From Minisyncoccota bacterium (GTDB lineage Bacteria; Patescibacteriota; Minisyncoccia; Phycocordibacterales; JAQTLZ01): a DNA stretch of 64,000 bases. Below are positions 20,732 through 29,797 of this stretch, piece by piece. The stretch lies in NCBI GenBank assembly GCA_028711065.1, contig JAQTSY010000002.1:8263-72262 (forward strand). The letters are read 5' to 3'. Each line of letters opens with the position of its first letter. Positions within the stretch are counted from its first letter, which is position 1. Position numbers and translations under genes: made by a program. The notes under the pieces were generated by a model that searched no databases, was not told the origin of the DNA, and worked only from the letters and a program-made list of their open reading frames with translations.

Positions 20732-21436
20732 ATGATTACGAAAAAAGATTTTCTCCAGGTCGCAAAAATGTCTGCAGTAGCTCTTCTCCTCATCCTTGGA
20801 GCAGGAGCATTAGGCGCGGCAAATTGGGTCGGTCCAACTGGCGTTCCGACAAATGCCAATGTGAATGCTCCAGTGAATGTTGGATCCGGTACTCAGACAA
20901 TGGGATCTGCAGGAAATACCAAAATTCTCACGCTCTTCGGCTCCTTCCAGGCATCATCTGTGGGTGTGACTGGGAATATTGCTTCTCCGAGCTATTGTTT
21001 CGGGTCTACCGCGTCGCCGACGAATTGCATTAGCGCGTGGCCCTCTGGAGGTGCAGGCGGTGTTACTGACGTCACCGCATCCGCGCCTCTCGCAAGTTCT
21101 AGGGGGACGACGCCGAATATTTCTCTTACTGGAACCGTGCCGATTGCCGCAGGCTGCAAAATAGTTCAAGCCGCAAGCGGTGCTTACGCTGCTATGTGCA
21201 CCAGTCCTATGAAAGCAGTTGGAGGAGGAAGCAATTGTGATAATTCCACGACTCCTTCGGCAAGGCTGATCTTTAATGGCCCCATGTCACAATATACGGG
21301 CACTTTCAATAACGATGTATTTGAAGCTGGTCCGGGAACGTCGAGTTCTTTGCCAGCTGGTTGGGGTGGGTATTGTTACAACTCCAACAATGTGCCGTCT
21401 AGTCCGCTTTGGGCATGGGCTGTCTGTTGCCCGTAA
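20732..21436 (+). CDS. Secreted fibre-like protein with WxGPT..P...NV.APVNVG motif and Cys-rich C-terminus
   Basis: NWVGPTGVPTNANVNAPVNVG; YCFG...CISAW; ends in WAVCCP; lies directly upstream of pilB. Confidence 0.7.
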   Translation: MITKKDFLQVAKMSAVALLLILGAGALGAANWVGPTGVPTNANVNAPVNVGSGTQTMGSAGNTKILTLFGSFQASSVGVTGNIASPSYCFGSTASPTNCISAWPSGGAGGVTDVTASAPLASSRGTTPNISLTGTVPIAAGCKIVQAASGAYAAMCTSPMKAVGGGSNCDNSTTPSARLIFNGPMSQYTGTFNNDVFEAGPGTSSSLPAGWGGYCYNSNNVPSSPLWAWAVCCP

Positions 21437-21517
21437 AAGAACTCTATCGGATTTTTCCCCGAAAAACTTGTCCACTCTCGAGAGGGCAAGTTTTTTGTTA
21501 TACTAATACTAATCAAG

Positions 21518-21608
21518 GAACGAAGTGACTATGATTAGTTTATCCAGCACTTATTTTGCAATATTCCAAAATAAGTGCTGGATGCAGATTTTTATAATCA
21601 CTTTGTTC
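21518..21608 (+). promoter_or_regulatory. Long 5' leader hairpin of pilB
   Basis: Perfect 17-bp inverted repeat 21542-21558/21567-21583; outer stem GAACGAAGTGA/TCACTTTGTTC; -10 TATACT at 21499-21504. Confidence 0.65.
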
Positions 21609-21618
21609 ATTAAAAATC

Positions 21619-23376
21619 ATGCACATTGATGAGAAACAACTGAAAGAATTTATCCTCGACTCCGGCCTCGTCTCTCGAGCTGATTTTGAAAAGGTGGAAG
21701 AAGAGGCAATAGCGCAGAAAATTCCCCTCAGCAAGGCGCTCATTAAGACCGGGAAGCTGAACGACGATGACTGGAGAAGAGTCCAGGCCTATATGATGGG
21801 TATTCCTTTTGTCGAGCTCAAAGGCCTCAAAATTGAGAGCTCGGTGCTTTCTCTCATTCCGGAACCGATTGCTCGAAATCACAACATCCTTGCGTTTGAA
21901 AAAAATGGCGACTCGCTCCAGGTGGCGATGCTTGACACCGATGACCTTCCTGTCATTGACTTCATTAAAAAGAAGCTTGGACTTAAAATTTTGCCTCGCC
22001 TGACCGACGTGGAGAGTATGAAATCCGCGCTTCTTCAATATCAAAAAAGTCTGAAGGCGGAATTCGGCGATATTATCCAAAAAGAGGCGGAAACCATTCA
22101 GACCTACGCGTCTTCTGATGATAAAGGCGCTGGCGCGACTGAAAGCGATTTGAAAAAGATGGCGGAAGATTTGCCGATTGTGAGGATTGTGGAGACACTT
22201 CTCAAACACGCCATTATTCAAAACGCATCTGATATTCATATCGAGCCACTCGAGACAGAAGTTCTGGTGCGTTATCGGATTGATGGAATTCTCCACGACG
22301 CGATGGTGCTTCCCCGAAATGCCGCGCTTGGCATTGTTGCTCGAATCAAAGTGCTTTCCAATTTGAAACTCGACGAGAAAAGATTGCCACAGGACGGGAG
22401 ATTTAAGGTAGAGGCGAACGCCGAGAAAGTTTCTTTTCGTGTATCAGTTCTTCCGACGTATTTCGGCGAGAAGATCGTGATGAGACTTTTGAAAGAAGGA
22501 AAGTCCGGCTTTACTCTTGAGCGGCTCGGATTTCACGGAGAAAGTCTTGAAAGAATTCATATAGGCACTAAACAGCGCACAGGAATGATTCTTTGCGCGG
22601 GTCCGACCGGTTCAGGAAAGACGACAACGCTCTATACGGTGCTCGATATACTAAACACGCCTTTGGTGAATATTTCTACTATCGAAGACCCGATCGAATA
22701 TCAGATGCCTCGAGTGAATCAGACACAAGTGAAACCGGAGATTGGCTTTAGTTTTGCAAATGGACTCCGCTCTCTGCTTCGCCAAGATCCGGACATCGTG
22801 ATGGTGGGAGAGATCCGCGATAATGAAACTGCCTCGCTCGCGATCAACGCCTCTCTTACGGGGCATTTGGTTCTTTCAACACTGCACACCAACTCCGCCG
22901 CTGGCGCTATCCCGCGTCTTATTGATATGCAATGCGAGCCGTTTCTTCTTGTTTCGACGGTTAATATTATTATAGGGCAGAGGCTTATTCGAAAACTTTC
23001 TGATACAAAAGATAAATACTTTTTGAGCAAGGCTCAATTTGCCGATATCTCTAAAGTGGTAGACATGAACCACGTCCTCGATATTTTGAAAGAAGAAAAG
23101 ATTGTCGAAAAAAACGCGACTTGGGACAAGATCCCTTTTTTCAAAGCAAAACCTTCCAATGAATCCGAAGACGGCTACCACGGGCGAATCGGCATTCACG
23201 AAGTGCTTAAAATTTCCTCTCCGATCAAGGAGCTTGTCATGAAGAGAGCTTCCGCCAAAGAAATCGAAGATCAGGCGAAAAAAGAGGGTATGCTTACGAT
23301 GATAGAAGATGGTATTTTTAAAGCAGTAGAAGGGGTCACTACGATTGAAGAAGTATTGCGAGTGGTATCAGAATAA
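21619..23376 (+). CDS. pilB: Type IV pilus assembly ATPase (GspE/PilB)
   Basis: ASDIHIEP, RLPQDGR, GPTGSGKTTT, TIEDPIE, LRQDPD, TGHLVLSTLHTN. Confidence 0.95.
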   Translation: MHIDEKQLKEFILDSGLVSRADFEKVEEEAIAQKIPLSKALIKTGKLNDDDWRRVQAYMMGIPFVELKGLKIESSVLSLIPEPIARNHNILAFEKNGDSLQVAMLDTDDLPVIDFIKKKLGLKILPRLTDVESMKSALLQYQKSLKAEFGDIIQKEAETIQTYASSDDKGAGATESDLKKMAEDLPIVRIVETLLKHAIIQNASDIHIEPLETEVLVRYRIDGILHDAMVLPRNAALGIVARIKVLSNLKLDEKRLPQDGRFKVEANAEKVSFRVSVLPTYFGEKIVMRLLKEGKSGFTLERLGFHGESLERIHIGTKQRTGMILCAGPTGSGKTTTLYTVLDILNTPLVNISTIEDPIEYQMPRVNQTQVKPEIGFSFANGLRSLLRQDPDIVMVGEIRDNETASLAINASLTGHLVLSTLHTNSAAGAIPRLIDMQCEPFLLVSTVNIIIGQRLIRKLSDTKDKYFLSKAQFADISKVVDMNHVLDILKEEKIVEKNATWDKIPFFKAKPSNESEDGYHGRIGIHEVLKISSPIKELVMKRASAKEIEDQAKKEGMLTMIEDGIFKAVEGVTTIEEVLRVVSE

Positions 23377-23386
23377 TTTTTTTATA

Positions 23387-24616
23387 ATGCCAAACTTTCG
23401 TTACAAAGCACAAAAATCAACCGGAGAAATGTATGAAGGAGAGCGCGAAGCGGCGGATAAGTTTGCTCTCTACCGAGAACTTAAGAAGGAGGGCGAAACT
23501 GTTTTCTCTGCGAAAGTCCTCGATCAGAAGCGTGGGAAACTTTCTCGATCCGTTTCTCAAGTTTCAAGTTCATTTGGGTCAGTCAGTGCTCATGAGCAGA
23601 TCATGCTCGCCCGAAACTTGGGCTCGATGATGAAGGGTGGGCTCCCGCTTTCCCGTGCGCTTGACGTTATTTCTCGCCAATCGAAAAATAAAAAATTAAA
23701 AAGTGTATTGGAAAGCATCCGCACCGATATCAGCTCTGGGATGAGCCTCAGCGAGGGAATGAAGAAATTCCCCAAAGTATTTTCTCCTGTATTTGTGTAT
23801 ATGACCAAAGCTGGAGAAGAGAGCGGAAATTTAGATGAATCGCTCAAAGTAGTCGCTAATCAAATCGAGAGAGTGTATCTTCTTCAGAAAAAAATAAAAG
23901 GAGCGATGATGTACCCGGGCATTATTGTCTGCGTGATGATCATTATTGCGGTTCTCATGTTTATCTTCGTCGTACCAACGCTTGCAAGCACTTTTAAAGA
24001 TCTTGGAGGAGAATTGCCGTTCTCGACAAAAATAATTATCGGAATGAGCGATATTCTCGTCAACCACTTCTTCCTCGCCCTCGGTTCGGCTGTCGGATTC
24101 ATTATTCTGCTCGTTTCATTTTTGAAGACGAAAAAAGGAAAACGTACTATGGATTTCCTCTTTCTCCATATTCCGCTTATCGCGGGAATAACCCGAGAAG
24201 TAAATTCCGCAAAAACTACCCGCACTCTTTCTTCGCTTCTCTCGGCAGGAGTAGAGGTAGTGACCGCCATCACTATCACTGGAGACGTCATCCAAAATTC
24301 ATATTACAAAGTAGCTCTTAAGGCGGCTGAGATAAAAATACAGAAAGGGGAAAACATCTCGAGTACTTTCGCCGGCCAGGAAAAACTTTTTCCCGTATTT
24401 GTTGGAGAGATGATTTCTGTCGGCGAAGAGACGGGTAAGCTCTCAGGGATGCTCCTTGAAGTCGCAGTATTTTATGAGGATGATGTTGATCAAAAAACAA
24501 AAGATATGTCTACGGTCATTGAACCGTTTCTTATGGTGACCGTCGGAGTTGCTGTGGGATTCTTTGCTATTTCTATCCTGTCCCCAATCTATTCTTTGGT
24601 TAGCCATATTTCATGA
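23387..24616 (+). CDS. pilC: Type IV pilus platform protein (GspF/PilC)
   Basis: AGEESGNL, AMMYP, VGEETGKL, IEP. Confidence 0.95.
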   Translation: MPNFRYKAQKSTGEMYEGEREAADKFALYRELKKEGETVFSAKVLDQKRGKLSRSVSQVSSSFGSVSAHEQIMLARNLGSMMKGGLPLSRALDVISRQSKNKKLKSVLESIRTDISSGMSLSEGMKKFPKVFSPVFVYMTKAGEESGNLDESLKVVANQIERVYLLQKKIKGAMMYPGIIVCVMIIIAVLMFIFVVPTLASTFKDLGGELPFSTKIIIGMSDILVNHFFLALGSAVGFIILLVSFLKTKKGKRTMDFLFLHIPLIAGITREVNSAKTTRTLSSLLSAGVEVVTAITITGDVIQNSYYKVALKAAEIKIQKGENISSTFAGQEKLFPVFVGEMISVGEETGKLSGMLLEVAVFYEDDVDQKTKDMSTVIEPFLMVTVGVAVGFFAISILSPIYSLVSHIS

Positions 24617-25098
24617 TGAACTCTTTCAAGAAAAGCACATATCATTTTCGAGAAGGATTCTCGGCACTCGAGCTTCTAGCTGTTATTGCGATATTGGGAA
24701 TTATCGTCACTCTCACCTATACCTCGTTTGCTTCTCTCCGACGGGGTAAAAATCTCGATACAGAAACGCTTTCTGTTTTGTCACTTCTTGAAAAAGCTCG
24801 CGCTGATACATTGGGTGCAAAGGGAGCTTCGCAATACGGCGTACATTTTGAGACAACAAAGGCAGTATTTTTCTCTGGTGGGACGTACGTCTCTGGGAAT
24901 GCTTCGAATATCACAATGATTTTGAATCCTCTCATACAGATAAGTTCCATCAATCTCACTGGAGGTGGAGCCGAAGTTATTTTTGACAGGCTTTCTGGAA
25001 AGACAGAAGAGGCTGGGACGCTTACCCTTTCTCTTGTGTCTGCCTCTTCTTCAAAAACGATAGCAATAGGAGCGACTGGTCTTCCGGAGATACAATGA
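24613..25098 (+). CDS. Minor pilin (FimT/GspH-like)
   Basis: REG/FSALELL N-methylation motif; YGVHF. Confidence 0.85.
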   Translation: MMNSFKKSTYHFREGFSALELLAVIAILGIIVTLTYTSFASLRRGKNLDTETLSVLSLLEKARADTLGAKGASQYGVHFETTKAVFFSGGTYVSGNASNITMILNPLIQISSINLTGGGAEVIFDRLSGKTEEAGTLTLSLVSASSSKTIAIGATGLPEIQ

Positions 25099-25105
25099 TT
25101 TTTGT

Positions 25106-25588
25106 ATGAACTATCGCGCAATCAAAAAAGGAATAACAGTCGTGGAGGTTCTTGTTGGGGCGAGTATCTTCTTAGTTGTCCTTTTGGGACTTTCTACTGC
25201 TTTGAATCTTATTATAAGAGCTTCACTTCAGAATACCGCAAAAATCCAAGGAACTTTCTTGGCGGAAGAAGGTCTTGAAGCTGTCCGAGTACTGCGCGAT
25301 CAGGGATGGAATGCAAACATACAGTCGCTTCTTTCAGGTACTGATTATTATCTCACTTTTAACGGGAGCACTTTTCAATCTACTACCACCCCTCTTTCTG
25401 TAGAGAGCACCTTCCTCCGAACATTCCGACTTTCCGATGTCTATCGAAACGCTTCGCAAGATATAGCGGGAAGCGGCACTCTTGATCCCAAGACAAAGCT
25501 CATCACTGTTTCGGTATCTTGGAATGATCATGGTGCTACAAGTACACAATCGATTTCGACCTATCTGACCAATATTTTTAATAATTGA
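25106..25588 (+). CDS. Minor pilin (PilV-like)
   Basis: KKG/ITVVEVL; AEEGLEAVR; ITVSVSW. Confidence 0.85.
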   Translation: MNYRAIKKGITVVEVLVGASIFLVVLLGLSTALNLIIRASLQNTAKIQGTFLAEEGLEAVRVLRDQGWNANIQSLLSGTDYYLTFNGSTFQSTTTPLSVESTFLRTFRLSDVYRNASQDIAGSGTLDPKTKLITVSVSWNDHGATSTQSISTYLTNIFNN

Positions 25589-25593
25589 AGCCA

Positions 25594-26151
25594 ATGTTAC
25601 TTTCTTTTTTCCAGAACAAAAGAATATATTGCGGAGCCACTCGAAAAAGAGGAACCACTCTGGTCGAGGCTCTTATCTACATTTTTATTCTAGTTCTTCT
25701 CCTTCTTGTTATTGTGGATGCACTTGTTTCCTTCTCCCATTCCTTCAACATGCTTCAATCCGGTCGCGATGTTGAAAATTCCGCGATCGCCTCATTTGAA
25801 CGTATCACTCGAGAAATTCGTGATGCAAAAAGTATCGATGTCGCGCAGAGTTCTTTCGGTTCCTCTCCTGGACAACTTTTTCTCAACACCACAGATGCGA
25901 ACGGAAATACCGAGACGATCCAATTCTATCTTGTCGGCCAAGCTCTTCACGTAAAAGAAAATGGCACGGATGAAGGGGCATTAACTCGTTCTTCTGTTCG
26001 AGTCACTAGTCTTATCTTCCAGCACATTTCCACGTCTCTCTCGGAAGCGGTGAAGATTTCGATGACGATCGAAAGCGGGAGCGCTACGAGTTATAAGTCG
26101 GCCTCTTTCTATGACAGCGCTACGCTTCGGGGCTCGTATCCACTTCAATAA
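25594..26151 (+). CDS. Minor pilin (PilW/GspJ-like)
   Basis: KRG/TTLVEAL; ERITREIRDA. Confidence 0.8.
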   Translation: MLLSFFQNKRIYCGATRKRGTTLVEALIYIFILVLLLLVIVDALVSFSHSFNMLQSGRDVENSAIASFERITREIRDAKSIDVAQSSFGSSPGQLFLNTTDANGNTETIQFYLVGQALHVKENGTDEGALTRSSVRVTSLIFQHISTSLSEAVKISMTIESGSATSYKSASFYDSATLRGSYPLQ

Positions 26152-26155
26152 TTCT

Positions 26156-27484
26156 ATGAATTGTAAGGACTACAAAAAACTTTCGAGAAAAAAAGGGCAA
26201 GCGGTTATGATTGCTGTCGTATTCTTTATGCTTATCGCCGTAGTCATTGTCCTTGGTGTGACCGCTCCCGTCATCCGACAAATACAAATTGTTCGCGGAT
26301 TACAGCTTTCCCGCCAAAGTTATTTTGCGGCAGAAGCAGGAAGTGAAGATGCGTATTACAGGATTAAGAATAATCTTTCCACCTCATTTCCGGAGACGAT
26401 GACTATCGGAGAAGCAACAGCCAATATAACACTTGCGACGACGGGGGTGAATGAAGAGGAAATTACCTCTGTAGGAGACGCGTCGAATTATATTCGTAAA
26501 GTATTGAAAGATATAACAGTTACGAACGGTTTCTCTTTTAATTTCGGCGTTCAAACAGGCGTGGGGGGTCTTTACATGAAAAACAATTCAGTCGTTTTGG
26601 GAAATGTGTATTCAAACGGCATTATCAAAGGATTTAGTAATAATGTTATTGCAGGTTCTGCGGTAGCGGCGGGTGCTTCTGGATCTATAACCGATGTGCA
26701 TGCGACATCGAGTGTTTACTCTCATTCAATTGATCAGACCACTGTCGGAGGAGATGCCTATTATGCAGCAACTTCCACCCTGACGAATTCGACTGTCACA
26801 GGAGTGAAGCATCCAGGGAGCCCTGATCAACCCACGATCGCTTTTCCAATCAGTGACAGTCTTGTGAGTCAGTGGGAAAGCGATGCGGCTTCTGGCGGCA
26901 CCGTGAGCTGTACAAATGGGAGTTACACCATTACCTCAAGTGTGACTATTGGACCTAAAAAAATTCCTTGTAATTTGACAATAAGTGGCAATAACATAAC
27001 TGTCACTGTCACAGGGGCGCTGTGGGTTGTGGGGAATATCACAGTGAGCGGAAGCGGAGGAACTGGCGTACAAATGAAAGTCGCTGATTCAGTAGGGGAC
27101 AAGAGTGTTCCTATTATTGCCGAGGATTCTTCCAATCCGACAACGTCTGGGCAGATTTCAACTGATGGTAATTCAAATTTCTATGGCTCTACAGGAAATG
27201 CTGATTCATTTGTAATGTTTATTTCAATGAACAAAAGCTCTGAACAAGGAGGGAGTAATTTGGCTATTAATGTCATCAATGGCGCTGCGGGAAATCTTCT
27301 TATCTTTGCGCCTCATGGCGAAATCGAGCTCCAGAATAATGTTGTGCTTCGCGAAGTGACTGCTTATAAGCTCACCCTCATCAACAATACCGAAGTTATT
27401 TATTCTATCGGTCTTGCGCAATCGCTCTTTACCTCTGGTCCTGGGGGGACTTGGAAGATTAAAAAGTGGAGGGAGAGTTTCTAG
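26156..27484 (+). CDS. PilX-like minor pilin with large beta-rich C-terminal domain
   Basis: KKG/QAVMIAV; SYFAAEAGSEDA; ends in WRESF. Confidence 0.85.
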   Translation: MNCKDYKKLSRKKGQAVMIAVVFFMLIAVVIVLGVTAPVIRQIQIVRGLQLSRQSYFAAEAGSEDAYYRIKNNLSTSFPETMTIGEATANITLATTGVNEEEITSVGDASNYIRKVLKDITVTNGFSFNFGVQTGVGGLYMKNNSVVLGNVYSNGIIKGFSNNVIAGSAVAAGASGSITDVHATSSVYSHSIDQTTVGGDAYYAATSTLTNSTVTGVKHPGSPDQPTIAFPISDSLVSQWESDAASGGTVSCTNGSYTITSSVTIGPKKIPCNLTISGNNITVTVTGALWVVGNITVSGSGGTGVQMKVADSVGDKSVPIIAEDSSNPTTSGQISTDGNSNFYGSTGNADSFVMFISMNKSSEQGGSNLAINVINGAAGNLLIFAPHGEIELQNNVVLREVTAYKLTLINNTEVIYSIGLAQSLFTSGPGGTWKIKKWRESF

Positions 27485-27513
27485 AAACGCCAGAAATTGT
27501 TTTTGAGACAGCA

Positions 27514-27539
27514 GAAAAAGCCCCCAGCGGGGCTTTTTC
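27514..27539 (+). terminator. Terminator after the pil cluster
   Basis: GAAAAAGCCCC-CAGC-GGGGCTTTTTC. Confidence 0.7.
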
Positions 27540-27729
27540 CTCATCCTCGGCCAAGCACTCCTTACAGGAGCTGTACACCTTTTGGATTTTCTTTCAGAAA
27601 ATCTCAAAAGGTCTTGCGGAGCGGGTTCCTGCCCGCTCCTCACTCGCCTCCGGACTGCCTCAAAAAGAATTTCTCTCGTTTCTAGTGGTTGTATGGGTAA
27701 AAAGTGGCGGAAATGCTACAATAGTTAAC

Positions 27730-28491
27730 ATGAAAAAAATTGTTATCGGGAACTGGAAAATGAACCCAGCTACTCTACTGGAAGCACGAAAGATTTTTTC
27801 AAAGGTAAAAAAGACCGCTTCGAGCTGTAAGAAAGTGCATACCGTTATTTGTCCCCCCTTTCTTTATCTCTCCGATCTAGCTTCAAAATCTTCGAAAGAG
27901 TCTCTAGCTCTCGGGGCGCAGGATACATCTTCTCTTGAATCTGTAGGTTCTTATACCGGCTTTCTTTCTCCTCTTATGGTTAAAAATATAGGAGCACAGT
28001 ACGTCATTATCGGTCATTCTGAACGCAGGCGGGAGGGCGAAACGGACGAAATGATTAATAAGAAGATACTCGCAAGCTTAAGCATCGGGCTTAAAGTGAT
28101 TTTCTGCGTGGGAGAGAAAGAGAGGGGACACGACGGACATTTTCTCGAATTTGTGAAGCAGCAGATCCATTTGGGACTTCAGGGAGTTTCTAAAAAATCT
28201 CTTCAGAATGTCCTCATTGCATATGAGCCCGTGTGGGCGATTGGAGCGGAAAATGCAATTTTGCCCCGAGACCTGCATCAGATGAAAATTTATATTCGGA
28301 AAGTGCTATCGGAATTTTTCGGTCCGAGCGCTGTCGTCAAAGTTCCCGTCATTTACGGAGGCACAGTCAATCCTGAAAATGTGGAGCTCCTTCTTCTCGC
28401 GGGAGAAGTGGATGGGTTTTTGGTAGGACGAGCGTCTCTCAATCCGAAAGATTTCAGCGCTATCTTAGAAGTTGCTAATGCGTCAAAATAA
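27730..28491 (+). CDS. tpiA: Triosephosphate isomerase
   Basis: GNWKMN, GHSERR, AYEPVWAIG, GFLVGRAS. Start refined to 27730. Confidence 0.97.
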   Translation: MKKIVIGNWKMNPATLLEARKIFSKVKKTASSCKKVHTVICPPFLYLSDLASKSSKESLALGAQDTSSLESVGSYTGFLSPLMVKNIGAQYVIIGHSERRREGETDEMINKKILASLSIGLKVIFCVGEKERGHDGHFLEFVKQQIHLGLQGVSKKSLQNVLIAYEPVWAIGAENAILPRDLHQMKIYIRKVLSEFFGPSAVVKVPVIYGGTVNPENVELLLLAGEVDGFLVGRASLNPKDFSAILEVANASK

Positions 28492-28494
28492 TTA

Positions 28495-29613
28495 ATGAAG
28501 CCAATTAAGGATGCAGAAAAACTAAAAGGGAAAAGAGTACTGGTGCGATGCGACTTCAATGTTCCTGTTTCTGGAAAAACTATCACCGACGATTATCGGA
28601 TTCAAAGAACGTTACCGCTTCTTTCGTATCTCCAAAAAGAGGGTGCCAAGACGACTCTTGTGAGCCACATTGAAAGCGAGGAGAAGACTCTCATGCCGGT
28701 GTTTGCATATTTGAAGAAGACGTTTTCAATGTCTTTTGTCCATGATATCTATGATCAATCAACGAAAGAAATTTACGGCAATCTGCCAGAGGGAGATTTT
28801 CTCATGTTGGAGAATGTGAGACGGTACGAAGGAGAGATGTCTAACGATGAAAAATTCGCTAATGACCTTTCAAAATTTGGAGAGATCTATGTGAACGAAG
28901 CATTTTCCGCTTCTCATCGCGCTCACGCATCTATCGTCGGAGTGCCGAAATATATTCCAGGATTTGCCGGGTTGCTTTTTGATGAGGAAGTAAAGAATCT
29001 GTCAAAAGCTTTCAATCCTCCGCACCCATTTCTTTTTATTCTTGCTGGAGCAAAATTTTCGACCAAATTGCCGCTTGTAGAAAAATTCTTGAAATTGGCG
29101 GACACTGTTTTTATCGGCGGAGCGCTTGCCAACGATCTTTTCAAGGCGGAGGGCTATGAGACGGGAAAATCTCTCGTTTCAGAAGAAAAAATTGATTTTT
29201 CTTCAATTCTCAAAAATCCCAAACTTATTTTGCCGGAGGACGTAACGGTAGAAAATGCCGGAAAGATCTCTGTGGAGACGCCAGACGTGGTTTCAAAGGA
29301 AGACAAGATGACTGACGCCGGGCCGAAGACTGATGAGGTGTTGGAAAAGAAAATCAAAGAAGCGAAGTTCATTCTTTGGAATGGACCGCTTGGACAGTAT
29401 GAAAAAGGATTTAAAGAACCGACCTTTGTTCTTGCGAAAGCAATTGCTGAAAGCGGAGTCGAAGCAATTGTCGGCGGGGGAGATACACTCGCCACTATTC
29501 GCGAACTTAATCTTTTTGAAAAATTTTCATTCGTATCAACTGGAGGCGGAGCGATGCTTGAGTTTTTGGCAAATGAGACTTTGCCGGGTATCGAGGCTCT
29601 GAAAAAAGCCTGA
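28495..29613 (+). CDS. pgk: Phosphoglycerate kinase
   Basis: RCDFNVP, HRAHAS, WNGPLG, GGGDT, STGGGA. Confidence 0.98.
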   Translation: MKPIKDAEKLKGKRVLVRCDFNVPVSGKTITDDYRIQRTLPLLSYLQKEGAKTTLVSHIESEEKTLMPVFAYLKKTFSMSFVHDIYDQSTKEIYGNLPEGDFLMLENVRRYEGEMSNDEKFANDLSKFGEIYVNEAFSASHRAHASIVGVPKYIPGFAGLLFDEEVKNLSKAFNPPHPFLFILAGAKFSTKLPLVEKFLKLADTVFIGGALANDLFKAEGYETGKSLVSEEKIDFSSILKNPKLILPEDVTVENAGKISVETPDVVSKEDKMTDAGPKTDEVLEKKIKEAKFILWNGPLGQYEKGFKEPTFVLAKAIAESGVEAIVGGGDTLATIRELNLFEKFSFVSTGGGAMLEFLANETLPGIEALKKA

Positions 29614-29642
29614 AATTTCAATATTTTTTCTCTTTGCAAAAG

Positions 29643-29651
29643 TTATCCACA
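29643..29651 (+). promoter_or_regulatory. Perfect DnaA box upstream of a surface-protein gene
   Basis: TTATCCACA. Confidence 0.7.
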
Positions 29652-29797
29652 TTTGGCCTCTTTTCCCGAATGAAATCGGGGAGTACTATAGACACTAAGA
29701 GAGAGGCACGTTCTCGTGAGTAATCGTAAAAACGATTCCTTCCGAAAGCGTGCCTTTTGCATTATTAGAAAATTATTAATTTTATAAGCAAACACAA

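Noticed and set aside
27466-27729. N-terminal extensions in the ORF track (tpiA; similarly copA, rpsL, rpsG, rnhA and the site-2 protease)
   Set aside because: The extensions run through terminators, promoters or upstream genes. Family homology begins at the downstream ATG.
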